The notes beneath the pieces were generated by a model. It made no database searches and had not been told where the DNA came from. It was given only the letters and a program-made list of their open reading frames with translations. The translations under genes were made by a program, and so were the position numbers. From Tubiluchus corallicola (lineage: Eukaryota; Animalia; Priapulida), in assembly GCA_030141605.1 (NCBI GenBank), contig JAQGDQ010000231.1, positions 292,516 through 356,515 of the forward strand: a stretch of 64,000 nucleotides of DNA. The letters run 5' to 3'. Of the stretch, positions 25,805-38,556 are shown piece after piece (position 1 is the stretch's first letter; each line of letters starts with the position of its first letter).

Positions 25805-27064
25805 TCATTTTAAACTCACATTATCTTGAGATCTGTCGCAGTGAGATTCTCTGTCCTCTTGAGGTATACTGCACAACGCGCCCAGCATTTTGTTTCCAGA
25901 CAGCTTCGATCTCATCTTCCTTGATGTCTGAAAATACTTCCGAATACCAACAATAAGAACGCTGACAGTCACCAGCAAGGTGCCAATGCAAGTGAGCATT
26001 GAGGGCAATTCTTTCAGTATGATTATCTCAAACAGAAAACCCCATACAATGCCAGTTGTACGAACTAATGAAATAAGGCCTGCTTCCTCCAGATACAGTG
26101 CCCAGGTAATGAGTAATTGATTTCCTAAATTACACAATCCAGCAGCCAATATGTAGTACATATCCAGCTTATCGGTGACATATGGAATCATTCCTAAAGC
26201 CATGAGAAGTATAGAAGACTGTATTACCCCACATATGGCATTGGTCAGCACACCTAACGAGTAATGTACTTTAGCTAGTCTGAGCTTCCGTACAGTAATG
26301 TAGCTAAAACACCCACAGCACAAGGCTGAAAGAGACAAAGCATATCCTAGTGTCTGATTCTGCCCCTCAAAACTATTGCCAATGCCACCAAAGATGAAGC
26401 CAGGTTTCACAATGAGAATAACACCAGAGAGGGTTGTCAAAATAAAGAAAGCTTCAACAAGTCCACATTGCTCGTTCAACAGAATACACCCCAAGATACC
26501 AACAAACACAGGGGCGCTAAACCGGATGACACTTGCATCTCCTAATGGGATGTATCGAGCACCCCAGTTGGATAAGGCATTTGTCAAGCTGCCAGAAACA
26601 CCACGGCATGCTAGCCACACTCTCTGTGTCCAACTATAATAAAAAACTGCAGCCTGCTGATTGCTGTAGACAACAACAGGAATCATCAAGAACACAGTGA
26701 TTGCAAAAGAATAAAAGAGAACTATCATTGGTTCAGTATTAACAGCAAGCTTCACAAAAAGAGACTGCGCACTAATCAGAGAACAACCTACCACAGCCAT
26801 TATGATGCCAAAACAAGGTATCTTGTGAAAAAATCTTTGTGTTTTTGTGACATCTGTACCATCATTGGTAGTGGATACCACTTCATAACCTTCAGTATCT
26901 TCATCCTGATCTGGACTATAGCTTTCATCTTCCCCATCTTCAACAAACAATCTGCTTTCGATGTCTTTATCCTGGTCTTTCTTGCATACATCTTCACAAT
27001 TAGCACAACAGACTGGGTCTGTATGTGGCATTGTCACAGGATCAAAGTTATTGCAAGGGGCCAT
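25805..27064 (-). CDS. SLC35G1: SLC35G1-like (TMEM20) EamA/DMT transporter, intronless CDS, copy 1 (419 aa)
   Basis: Acidic N-terminus, about 10 TM helices in two EamA repeats; motifs RGVSG, YIPLGDASVIRFSAPVF, IRKL-type loop, ALYLEEAGLISLVRT. Confidence 0.9.
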   Translation of the reverse strand: MAPCNNFDPVTMPHTDPVCCANCEDVCKKDQDKDIESRLFVEDGEDESYSPDQDEDTEGYEVVSTTNDGTDVTKTQRFFHKIPCFGIIMAVVGCSLISAQSLFVKLAVNTEPMIVLFYSFAITVFLMIPVVVYSNQQAAVFYYSWTQRVWLACRGVSGSLTNALSNWGARYIPLGDASVIRFSAPVFVGILGCILLNEQCGLVEAFFILTTLSGVILIVKPGFIFGGIGNSFEGQNQTLGYALSLSALCCGCFSYITVRKLRLAKVHYSLGVLTNAICGVIQSSILLMALGMIPYVTDKLDMYYILAAGLCNLGNQLLITWALYLEEAGLISLVRTTGIVWGFLFEIIILKELPSMLTCIGTLLVTVSVLIVGIRKYFQTSRKMRSKLSGNKMLGALCSIPQEDRESHCDRSQDNVSLK

Positions 27065-27854
27065 TGTTGTTTCACACTATTCCAGTGAAGGTTAATTAGC
27101 TCGTTCCTAGAGAAAAACATTAAAAATCCAAGCATATAAGGTCTGTAAAACCATGTACAATAAATAATAACATTACAGGTATCATTACAATTGTTAATAT
27201 CGACTAGCACAAAGGTATCGACTTTATTCTTAGCTTTACATATGAGACTGAGAAGCAAATGATGTGTATAAGGGGTTTAATAACATTACACCTATCAACA
27301 ACTTTGACTGTCAAAAACTTATTAAAAATGTTCATGGTAACAGCGACTATCAGTGAGAGATACAAATGTGAGCTCACAAAAAATGGCAAAAAGTTTTTGT
27401 TAACTACAGTCAGCGAAAGAAGATCAGCTTTACCCGAAAAACTCACTACAAAAAGTAAACAATCATTAGCAATGTGCTAGAAATGTCATTGGCTTCTACG
27501 GACCAACTGAACCATCCATACTGTAACAGTCACAAGTCAAATTCTGAAGGAATATTTCACAACAGTGCTAGCAAACTCATTATGCTACTAGATAATGCCA
27601 AGAAAGAACAACTACTATTTTCTCTTGTTGTCATTATAGAGAACCATGAAAAATGTAGATGATATGCAAGTACCACACAATAGTTGATGGTTACTTGCCA
27701 TTCCACAATGACAATTCGGGGTGAAGTTTGCAGTGTTTTTAGTTTTTGTTAAAATATAAACACTTCATGTCTTTTAGCTACGTATTTCTTTCCAAGTTGA
27801 TAAAATAAACAAATTCAAAAACAGTCATTATATTCACAATTGTGTCATTGCATG

Positions 27855-30800
27855 TGTCATGCCCTGGTCCAAACTAATAATTCTGCATTGTGTGCTTTCA
27901 AATAAGATGCTATTTGATGTGTGACGGCTTTAGAATAAATGACCGTTTTACCATACAGGCATTGTGTTTAGTTATTACAGTAATGACGAGGCCAGGATGC
28001 CGAAAGTGATCAGTGCATCTTTACCTGCAGATGATGATACTACTGATACACTCTGTTGGTATAGATGATGACGAGCAAAAGCTACACTTAATACTACTTT
28101 GGGAAGGTAAGGGCTTGAGAAAACTGGCAAATGATGCAGGTGTCATTAGCTAGGAAGATGCAGATGCAAGAATAGTACAGAACAGATGTAACGATGCACT
28201 GAACAACGCACGAAATGAATGTGGAAAATATGTGAATCTGCCCTTGGCAATGTTTAAACTAATGCATGTGAAACAATGAACTAAAACCTTTGCAGAATTT
28301 ATACTAGAAACAGAGAAACTAGGCAGACATTGCCAGTCTAATATAAAACAGTACACAAAGGAGCGTGCTATCAAAGACGCACTAATATTTGGAACACCTG
28401 ATGATAAATTGCGGCAAAAAAACACTAGCCACAGACCTGGACTATAATGATCTCATGCAAACTGCAAGTAGCTATGAGCAGGCTAGAAAGTCTAGTGGCA
28501 CTATGAGATCAGAAAACCAAGATGTCAACCAGAATGAATACTACACAGCTCAGTGTAGACTCAAACAAATTAGAGCCATAAAAGTTGCAGACAGACAAAC
28601 AAGTTGTGAAGATGTCAACAGGTTTTTGCAGGCATGCCATTTCAATGCACGCTTTATGTTCCACTCCGATAACACCTACATACAAGCCAGGAGACTGTTG
28701 CATGACTTGACCAAGAAGAATGCCAAGTTTGTATGGAGCCAAGAATGCGAGAGTGCCTACCAAGCAATAACCAACATGATGTCTAGCAATACAGCATTGA
28801 GACTGTTTGATCCAGAAAAAAGATTATCCATGTTCCAGATGCAGGACCTGAAAGCATCAGTTCCAGCCTGTACCAGGTCGAGGACGATGGCAGCTGGGAG
28901 CTGGGTCCCTGTAGATCATATTAGCAGATCACTCACTGAGTGTGAAAAGCATTACTCACAAACAGAGAAAGAATGTGCACAGGCATGGGGAATGACCATG
29001 CACCAATACTACTTGCTAGGATGAGAGTTTGATTCTTGTACTGACCACCAGCCATAACAGAAAGAGAGGAAATCTATACGTGGACAATCACCAAATCAAA
29101 GTGCAGGGATTTCAATATAAGATGAAATATTTGCTGGAAAGCAGAATCCCTGTGATTACTCATCCCGACATCCTCTCCCACTTAGTACCTACACGGAGAG
29201 GCAAAAATCAGACATGGTAATCGATGATAAAAGTAAAATCTGTATCAGTTCTATAATAACAAACGACTTACCAGATGCAGTTAACCAGAAATGGTTAAGG
29301 ACTCTACAGAGACTGACCCGACCATGAAGAAGCTTAGAAAGTGTATCCATAAAGGGTATAGAAGGCTACCTACAAATGTTCACAAAACTCACATATGCCC
29401 AGGGTTTGATTCTACATGGTCAGAAAATTCTCATCCCGAAGTGTGATTCAAACAACTGACTGAATCTCCGACACCTGGTTGTCAATTTGGCACATGAAAG
29501 CTATCAAGGACAAGTGAAGACGAAGTTATTCCTATGTGAGCGAGTCTAATTTCCACAAAAGGACTCCATGGTCAAAGAGAAGGTATCTGGATGTATTGGC
29601 TACAACATACAATGATACAAGCCCCAATGCGACTCACCTAGACCCACTGCACTACCTGAGTACAAATGGCAAAAGTTGGCTTTGGACTTTTATGGCCCGC
29701 AACCAGGCGGTCAGGACTATGCACTAGTGATCATTGATGACAAGACACATTACCCAGTAATGGAATTCAATCATAGTACAGGAGCAAAGATGGTAGTTCT
29801 GATACTTAGACAAGGTATTCTCAGATTTTGGTCAGATGGTGGCCCCGTTTAACGGAGCCGAAAGCCACCCATTCTGACAGTAAATGAAATGGGCAGGCGT
29901 GAAACACTGTGTGAGCTCACCTGATGACCCTGAAGCAAACAGAAGATAGTTTGCAAAACATACCACTGTGCAAATCAAACACACAAACTGGAGGCAGGAA
30001 ATACACAGCTCTACAGGTGCAGTGCCAGCCAAAACACTTTTCGACCAGAAACTGCATACACAGTTACCTCATGACTGTCTTATAAAAGCCTGCACATGAC
30101 CAGAAGATGTGGGAAAAAGATACAAAAAACTCAGCAAAAATACTACAAAGACCTCAAATTCAATGTAAAACATGACAATTTTAATCCTGGGGATTACGTC
30201 CTGTTACTTCAGAAAAAGTCGAAATCCACACCACAGTATGACCATGACCCGTACAAAATTATTTCAGTGAAGGAGCATCAGATTACAGCAAAGAGGAATG
30301 AGAAGTTATTCACAAGAGATGCGAAAAAATTCAAACACATTAGACATGAGGCACAATACACTAACTACAGGAATTAACTACTACACTAACTACTAGCATA
30401 TCTTCACATGGATGACTGGGATCAGGCACTTTCAGAGGAAGAGTGTCACCAGGAACAATCATGTGCAAAGCGCAGAGCGCTTGCAAGGAGAGCAGAATTG
30501 GATTCCAACATAGCTAACTGTCAACCAGCAGATCAGGAACATAACAATCCACACTGGCTACCATGTGACGGAGCAGAGATGTACACAGCGCGGCAGCTCA
30601 AGACCCACTCCCACCGGATATGCCAGGCCAGCGGTGTGTGCACTTCCCAGTCGTCCAAACAGCCACCACAACCCAAACATTGATGTTACTCTACAGTGTG
30701 GGACATGAAATCGGCATGCACCATACACATATGATGCTAAGTCTAGTGTGTAGACTCCCAATAGTTGTTCAGGAGTAAAGATTAGATTATGTCACTCCTA

Positions 30801-31150
30801 CAGAAAACCCCAAATGTTTCTTTGGCATTTCTCTTCCATATACAAGCTCTTGTGTAATTCATTATGTTACTACACATTTGTCGTTCATTTGTACTTACTG
30901 TTTACCATATTTTTCCACTATATAAATTGTGTATAAAGCACTAGTGTTTAACTGTAAAGAGTAAGGTTGTAACATAATGCCAGCACAGGACTGCATTTAC
31001 TAAACTATATTATGCTTTTAGAAGAAAGGGAGGGGTGTAATGTCCTGATCCAAACTAATTGTACACTTCAGATACGATGCTGTTAAATGTGTGCCGGTTC
31101 TAGAATAAACAGCTACCTTACCATAATGCATATTGAGTTTAGTTACTACA
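27855..31150 (+). mobile_element. Old, internally deleted Ty3/Gypsy LTR retrotransposon
   Basis: Diverged LTRs at about 27855-27979 and 31036-31150 (TGTxATGxCCTGxTCCAAACTAAT...TAGAATAAA...TTTAGTTAxTACA); PPT GAAGAAAGGGAGGGG 31021-31035; remnants DLTKKNAKFVWSQECESAY, ISRSLTECEKHYSQTEKE, FNPGDYVLLLQ. Confidence 0.85.
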
Positions 31151-31465
31151 ACAAGTAAGCTGTTGAATTTATAAAAAGCAGTACACCATTTGCTCTAAGA
31201 AATTTTGAAAATTTCTATAGAAGAATACCAGCAATAAATTACTAATTACAGAATTGTGATGATACTGCCGTTATCATAATTTATATCTCGTGTCATAAGC
31301 TTAATTTGCAAAGATAGAAACGTTAATCATATTTTAATACCAATGTCATGACTATCTTTAAACAAGCCTGAATGTACGCAATTATTAACATGTTGAATGC
31401 AAACAAAGCACTATAAAGCAAACAAACAAAACTACTAAAATCTCTTCACTGATTTTTTTGCATTG

Positions 31466-31689
31466 AAGACAATATGCAAATATGCAAGTTACAGACTCAG
31501 GCATTAATGAAACAGGTTTCAAAAATATTGATGTTTATATAAGTAATACGTAGATATATTAATATAGTACTTACTAAGACAATATGCAAATATGCAAGTT
31601 ACAGACTCAGGCATTAATGAAACAGGTTTCAAAAATATTGATGTTTATATAAGTAATACATAGATATATTAATATAGTACTTATTAAGA
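31466..31689. repeat. 110-bp tandem duplication (2 copies)
   Basis: AAGACAATATGCAAATATGCAAG... starts at 31466 and 31576, nearly identical. Confidence 0.9.
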
Positions 31690-32029
31690 AAAATGGCAAA
31701 AGATGACTTTAAGACATTAAAATTCAATAGAACTTATGCTGCCTATATTCAAAACAGTCTAAAGTTATGTAATACGAAGCAATACCTTGCTGAAGTACAT
31801 AATGTCAAACTTGCCCATAAATGTGTGATAAACATACATTTGCAAAAAATAATATAAATAAACAAAAAAATGAGATGTAGGTAGTTTATAATGACAAACA
31901 ACAAAAAACAAACATATCCATACATAATAGTAAATCTGATATGTTATTATTATTATTATTATTAATCTTTTATTTGTATAAAAATTTTATACAGAAATAT
32001 AGTTTTCTACAACATCTAATACAACTTTT

Positions 32030-32560
32030 ATACAACACCTGAGTCATTCATAAAATACAACATTTTTGGTATAACAAGTGATTCGGAATTTTGAATTCTT
32101 CTTGAAAATCTCAATTTACAACTGTTAATCAAAAAATTGGCCACCAATTTCACACCCGTACAACAAAATATAAAGACAATAAGTACTAGTTAGTGCTTTT
32201 GCCACTCCTGGGTTGCATTTGGGCCACTGTGTCGACAAAATACTATTTAAAGACCCGAAATAGTAATGCTTCAGTCTTGTAAACTCTACTGTAAAGTCTT
32301 TACAAGTTTTAATATCACATCCCAAATACATGTATTTTCCACTATTTATCCACTCCAATGACATGCCACAAAACAAAAGGCTCCCACATCCCAGACAGCT
32401 TTTTCCAAAATATAGCAACATCATCTTCTTTGGATTCCTCCAAAGAAATACTCCGATGTTTACCATATATTTCACACATCTTTAGCATTTCTCTAACATG
32501 CCTGTATGAAAAAGCAAGCAAGGATACATCATTTGCATACAGTACAAAAACATACACATA
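32030..32560 (-). mobile_element. Degraded non-LTR RT fragment
   Basis: FVLYANDVSLLAFS..VREMLKMCEIYG (YADD region) and a downstream YMYLG motif, frameshifted. Confidence 0.6.
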
Positions 32561-33049
32561 AATAGATAAAAACTTGACTAAGTTTACGGACTAGCTGATA
32601 AAATGAATTCTGAATAAAGAGTAGATTAGCAATACATCAAGCAGATCTATGTCCAAAGTAACAGTAGTTCCTTATTCATCCCACATTACCTCAGTCGAAA
32701 TAAAATCCATCATGTTTGCTGTGAAATTGCGCTTAAAGCATTCACTTGATAACAGTTGGCAACTCAGTATCACATATTATACTTGACCAAATTTTTGCGA
32801 AGACATAGCTACAATATAGCCACCAAAACTAATGATATGCTCAACTCTGATTGTCGTACACAATTTGTTGTACACAAACTGATAAACATAAGGCATAGCA
32901 ATGTCAGAATTGGGAAGAAAGGTGCAAGTGTATTTTGTATCAGACATGCTTACAGATCAACAGTTTTTAGATCAACATAAACAGAGTCAGAGATTGACAG
33001 GCACAACATCATCATCGATGTTTGGTAAGTTACCAACAATCTTAACAAC

Positions 33050-34179
33050 TTATTCTGTGCTACCTTTTAAGCAAACCTTGTTCGATGTTTCCGTCAATTT
33101 TCGGAACCCAAAAATAACTACACTCACAGTTATAACCAGTGCTCCGAGTACTGTTAAGATGGACGACCATTTTCTTAATATTATAATCTCAAAAAGAAAG
33201 CCCCAAACTACTACAGAAGAACGAACAATTGAAATGATACCAGCTTTTTCCAGATAAAGTGACCATGCTAACAACAACTGATTCGAAAAATTACACACTG
33301 CAACAGCAAGTATGCAATACATATCATATTTATTGCTTACATATGGAATTTGTTCAACTACTATTAATGCAACAAATGCCTGAACTATGCCAAAAATGCA
33401 ACTAAACATTATAGAGAGTGAATAATGTATGTTCACTAGCTTTAATTTTCGTATACAGATAATACAACCACACCACAGATCATAGATAGCAGGCATAAAC
33501 AATAACCTAATATCAGATTATCACCATCATAACTGTCTCATGCAAATATGAATCCAGGCTTAACTACAAGAACAACTCCACTTAGGGTCGCAAGTATGAA
33601 AAATACCTCAAACAATCCACATTGCTCCTTCAGCAGCACACAACCAAAAATGTTAACAAAAATTGGTGATGTAGCTTTTATAACGCTTGCGTCACCAAGC
33701 GGGACATATCGCATGCCCCAAACTGACAGACCATTAGATGCACTTCCAAGGACGCCCCTACATGCTAATAAAGCCCTTTCCCTCCAAGTAAGCAGGGATA
33801 TAGTGATTTGCTGTTCGGTACATATAACAATCGGTATGGTGAAAAATGTAGTAATGAAAAAAGAATTGAAGATCACAACAACTGGATGTGCCTCCACCGC
33901 TAGTTTCACAAACAGAGACTGAGCACTAATTAAAGCGCATCCTGTTACAGCCAAAACTATTCCCACGCAGGGTACTTTATAAAAGAAACTTGTCTTCGAA
34001 TTAGTATCACTATTTTCAGCCGTATTTTCATAACCTCGAACAACTCCAGTCAGCTTTGCTTTGCATTTGCTACGTTTTTCAAGCGTGCCAGAAATAGGAA
34101 CAAATTGTTGAGTGCAACTGCCACAGTCATCATTATACTTTAGAATAAAATGCCCATGCTTTTCTGTCTGTTAAGACAT
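33050..34179 (-). pseudogene. SLC35G1-like pseudogene, copy 2
   Basis: Clear paralog (YVPLGDASVIKATSPIF, LYLEKAGIISIVRS), but ATG-TCT-TAA at the start, in-frame TGA at 33538-33540 and a frameshift near 33470. Confidence 0.85.
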
Positions 34180-35886
34180 CCATGGTTTCCGACTGTTTAC
34201 ACTAACAGAATCTAATGTACATTACGTAGGTAAATAAAAGCTGCCTATTATTCAGTCACTTATTAATTAAAATTAGAATTTGCACAAAATACGACTAATA
34301 TTTTTTACGTTAGGAACAAGATTTCGTTCAGCAGCCGACACTCTGCCGCAAAGCCCGCAACTCAGTCATTAAAGTAACAATTTCCAGCTGATCAGCTGAC
34401 TTGGCTGCACCTGCCGTCTGTTGAAATCAGTAGCAGGCCGGAAACACGTCTGCCATCTACAGGGCCAGTTGCAAACTAATGCTAGTTGCACAAGTAACAA
34501 CCAGGCATCGCAAAATCTCGGAACTGGCTGACGAAACAGTGCCGTATAAAATTTGCCCGCAATACAACTTTGGTGTGAAGCACTGGGACTGCGTAACTTC
34601 AGTAAACAATAATTATTAAACAACACACCACAACTAAACGATTGCTCACACAGTGGTGTCAGACAGAAAACTAAGCATGTTTAATAAGTCTGTGTGTGAC
34701 AAAGCACAGCATTTATCCTGCTCACACTAGAGCAAAAACCTGTGCCAGACTGCTAGGCAAGTTTTTGCAGACAGATTTTGTCTAGCGTGCAACGGGTATA
34801 ACGTTCCGCGTTACTGCTGTCAAATGTGTGTTACAGCCAGTGATCACTGTCATGCATGTAATATATCTATCCATAATTGCACAAATACTGTGAAGTGTCA
34901 ACCTTTACTGCAGTACTGTTTTAATAATTATGATGCTTATACCTAAGTGTTTGGACACGTTTGTGTATGTGTGTGTGGTTTCTCTATTATATCAGTAAAC
35001 TTATTTACTATTATTACTCCTTATTCAAATACAGTAAATAACAGAAATTCACTAAATTGCTAATACAGATTAAAAAATTAATATTTTTATGATGGAGTTG
35101 TCAGGAGACATAATTCATTTATTATAAATTATAACTACGTAATATTACATGTAAAACTGCAGTTGTTGCGAAAAGCTTTCTACAGGAAAAGTTTACTGCA
35201 GGTAACATCATCTAAAGTTTTGAAACTTTTTATTCTATCACTTTAAAAACAATAATGCAACATTTTCATGTTGCATTTTAATTACCATACAAACCATAGG
35301 TATAACGCACAGAATCACCTCATCACTTAATTGTAATATTTTATTTGTTCTCTTATACTTATTTCAGACCTATATACTGAAAACATAACTAATTTCAGAC
35401 CTACCAAATGATTTAATATAGCACTATTGATGTAATACCGAAAATTACACATGTAAAAAAGCAAAATGTCAGACGTGCATATACATTTTATTTAAATACA
35501 CACCGCATCAAAATAATTATGAAAATAATCTATTTTCTTTTTGTATATGCATAACATTTCTATAACCGGGTGAGATTCACAAGCATGATAATTACTATGT
35601 ATATTAATATTTGTAAAGTTAGCTTAACAATAAACATAAACACACAAATATTATTAGCAACAAATAAACACTGCTCTTTGGCAGCTTAACCCGCCATTAA
35701 AAATAGTTCAATAATTTACCATTTAAAAAAGATAACATGTTGAACTGTTTCAAGTGTTTTCTAAACATGGGCATTGCTGATTATTTAAGATAACATGATC
35801 ACAAATAATTGTAAACAATTTTTAAGTATTTTAAACAATCCCCAGACCTATTCAACAGCTTTGGCTCTACCATGAATTACCAACTA

Positions 35887-36405
35887 CCGTATATACTCGC
35901 ATATAAGCCGACCCCCTAAAACTGCTTTAAAATGGCCAGTTTTTGCAAAAACCCGTATATGAGCCGACCATCAACTTGTCTAATTTTACTCCATACCCAA
36001 TCAACAAAATTGATCCCTTTTTGTCACATTTTGTTAATTGGGTATTTTTGGTTCATTGAAATTTTTTACTATAAAGATGTAAAATGCTTACTTTTATGTT
36101 ACATACTAGAAGAAATAGAAGAAATTATACATTTTGATATGAATAAAGAAGAAAATATTTTGTTTTCTATTTATTCACAAAAAATTATAACATTTCTGTT
36201 TATAATTTAACGTAGTGTTCTTAAAAAAAACAAAATGACACACAACCAAATAAAGAGTCAGATAGCGATGAAAATGTGTGGCTGGAAAATTGGCATTAGT
36301 GTCTGTCCTTGTGTTCATTTTGTTTCATGCGCATATAAGCCGACCCCCTGATTTCAGTATTGTATTTTATAGTTCTAAATTCGGCTTATATGCGAGTATA
36401 TACGG
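35887..36405. mobile_element. Tc1/mariner-type MITE
   Basis: Perfect TIR CCGTATATACTCGCATATAAGCCGA / TCGGCTTATATGCGAGTATATACGG with TA TSD; internal TATAAGCCGACC repeats. Confidence 0.9.
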
Positions 36406-37084
36406 TAGATAAAAGACTAGAGTAAATAGTAGCTGGGACTTTGAGTGAAATATATTTCTAGTTACTTGAACTTTTGAAATGAGATTCAGTGGTAATTGGA
36501 CTAGTTGAGCATGGAGACTAGAAGAAATTAATGCAGCTACCAAATTAGCGAATGTAAAAGCTCAACTTTTTCAACTACATGGTTAGGCAAGTTTTAACAT
36601 TCTCTCTACAGCTTAACATCAGTGTAATATTACACCTACAGTTACCTATTTAGATACTGTTATACCTAAATGTAACACCTAACTTTACAGATCTGATAGT
36701 ACATTTCACACAAACCTGTATTTACATGGATACATAAATACAAGTGTAATATTAATCTTAGTATTTTATCAGTATGTTATCAGACTCAATTGCACATGGC
36801 CCGGATTCCAGACAAAACTAGGCCCAACGCTGAGCAGGGGACTACCACAGACGTCCCTTTATCACACCTACATATCCCTTTCTATTAGGGATAAAAATAT
36901 TTATATAATTTCTGTGGACCTATACTTGGAATAAAAAACATTCCAAAAAATACCTAACTGACAGCAAAAATCATTTTCATACCAAATCTGAATATCTGAA
37001 TATCAGTAGGTAGTTAACAAAAGTTTAAACAGGAAGTTGCAAAATAACTAGACATAATATTTTAGTAGAAACTATAAATAAGAA

Positions 37085-38239
37085 TTAATCTTCTGAGAGC
37101 TGACTATCATCTTTACTGCTTGCATTATGTGGCACATTGCATAGCAAGCTTAACACTTTGTTCTGCTCTACCTTTGATCTTATATTTTTAGACGTCTGAA
37201 GCCACTTGCGAAATCCAATGATGACAACACTAATAATAACCAGCACTGCACCAAAAACAGTCAACAAGGAAGGTAATTCTTTCAAAATTATTATCTCGAA
37301 AATGAAAGCCCAAACTATGCCAACTGTTCGAACAATTGATATTATGCCTGCCTCTTCAAGGTAGAGGGCCCACGTGAGAAACAGCTGGTGGCTGAAATTA
37401 CACAATCCTGCACCTACAACAAAGTACATGTCCTGCACATATGTAACATACGGAATTTGCCCAAGTGCCATAAGTACTATGGAAGACTGCAGAACTCCGA
37501 ACACAGCATTTGATAAAATGGATAGCGAATAAGGCACCTTTATTAATTTCAGTTTGCGTATCATTATAAAGCAGCAACTGGCAGTAAACAGTGCCACTAC
37601 TGACAAGCAGTATCCCAGGATCTGATATTCCTCATCAAAAGTGTTGCCAGCACCACCAAACAAAAAACTTGGCTTAACAATGAGAAAAACACCACTGAGT
37701 GCCAACAGGATGGAAAAGCCTTCAAACAGTCCACATTGTTCTTTTAGTATAATACATCCAAAAATGCTAACAAAAACTGGTGCACTAAATCTGATGACAC
37801 TTGCGTCTCCAAGAGGAATATACCGGGCACCCCAATTAGATATACCATTAGTAGCGCTTCCAAAAATTCCCCTAGATGACAGTAATGCTCTCTGGGTCCA
37901 ATTGAATTTAGCAATGGCTGTATGCTGGTTGCTGCAAATAACTAAAGGTATAGCAACAAAGGCAGAAATACTGAATGAGTAAAATAGAACTATCACTGGC
38001 GACGTATGTAATGCAAGCTTCACAAAAAGCGTATGAGCAGTGATGAGTGCACAACCTGCAACACCAATGATAATACCCAAGCAAGGTATCCTGTGGAAAA
38101 ATCTCTGCCTCACTGGTTCTATTTCATCAACATCAGATCCAGCGTCAGGTTCATCAGGATTTTTCACAAATGTATCATTTTCTCCAGCTTCAACAGTACC
38201 AGGTGCTACGTCTACCACAGCATCATCACCTTGTCTCAT
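37085..38239 (-). CDS. SLC35G1: SLC35G1-like EamA transporter, intronless CDS, copy 3 (first usable ATG at 38239, MRQGDD...)
   Basis: Strong similarity to copy 1 (NWGARYIPLGDASVIRFSAPVF, TWALYLEEAG); uninterrupted to TAA. Confidence 0.88.
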   Translation of the reverse strand: MRQGDDAVVDVAPGTVEAGENDTFVKNPDEPDAGSDVDEIEPVRQRFFHRIPCLGIIIGVAGCALITAHTLFVKLALHTSPVIVLFYSFSISAFVAIPLVICSNQHTAIAKFNWTQRALLSSRGIFGSATNGISNWGARYIPLGDASVIRFSAPVFVSIFGCIILKEQCGLFEGFSILLALSGVFLIVKPSFLFGGAGNTFDEEYQILGYCLSVVALFTASCCFIMIRKLKLIKVPYSLSILSNAVFGVLQSSIVLMALGQIPYVTYVQDMYFVVGAGLCNFSHQLFLTWALYLEEAGIISIVRTVGIVWAFIFEIIILKELPSLLTVFGAVLVIISVVIIGFRKWLQTSKNIRSKVEQNKVLSLLCNVPHNASSKDDSQLSED

Positions 38240-38385
38240 ATTTGCAAACAAGTTATCAGTGCAGCACAGCCACTGTGCTGATTACAAGTGACTGCACAAC
38301 GGTCACACAGCTGCCATATTGCTGTAGCTAATTATATAATCTAACCACATTCTAGCTGCACATCTTGAACACGACCATCCTGGGC

Positions 38386-38556
38386 AAAAATAATGTAGCA
38401 TTAACTAATTTCTTTCTTAAAAACTTTGTAAATTAATTTTAGTAAAATTCCCCAATATGTAGCTATACAAAAATAAAACCTAAAAATAATGTAGCATTAA
38501 CTTATTTCTTTCTTAAAGAAATCCCTCAGTATGTAGCTATACAAAAATGAAACCTA
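38386..38556. repeat. Imperfect tandem duplication upstream of SLC35G copy 3
   Basis: AAAAATAATGTAGCATTAACT..TTTCTTTCTTAAA...TATGTAGCTATACAAAAAT.AAACCT occurs twice. Confidence 0.75.

Noticed and set aside
26376-26639. Similar plus-strand ORFs at 26376, 33548 and 37641 that look like a gene family
   Set aside because: They are antisense shadows of the SLC35G paralogs
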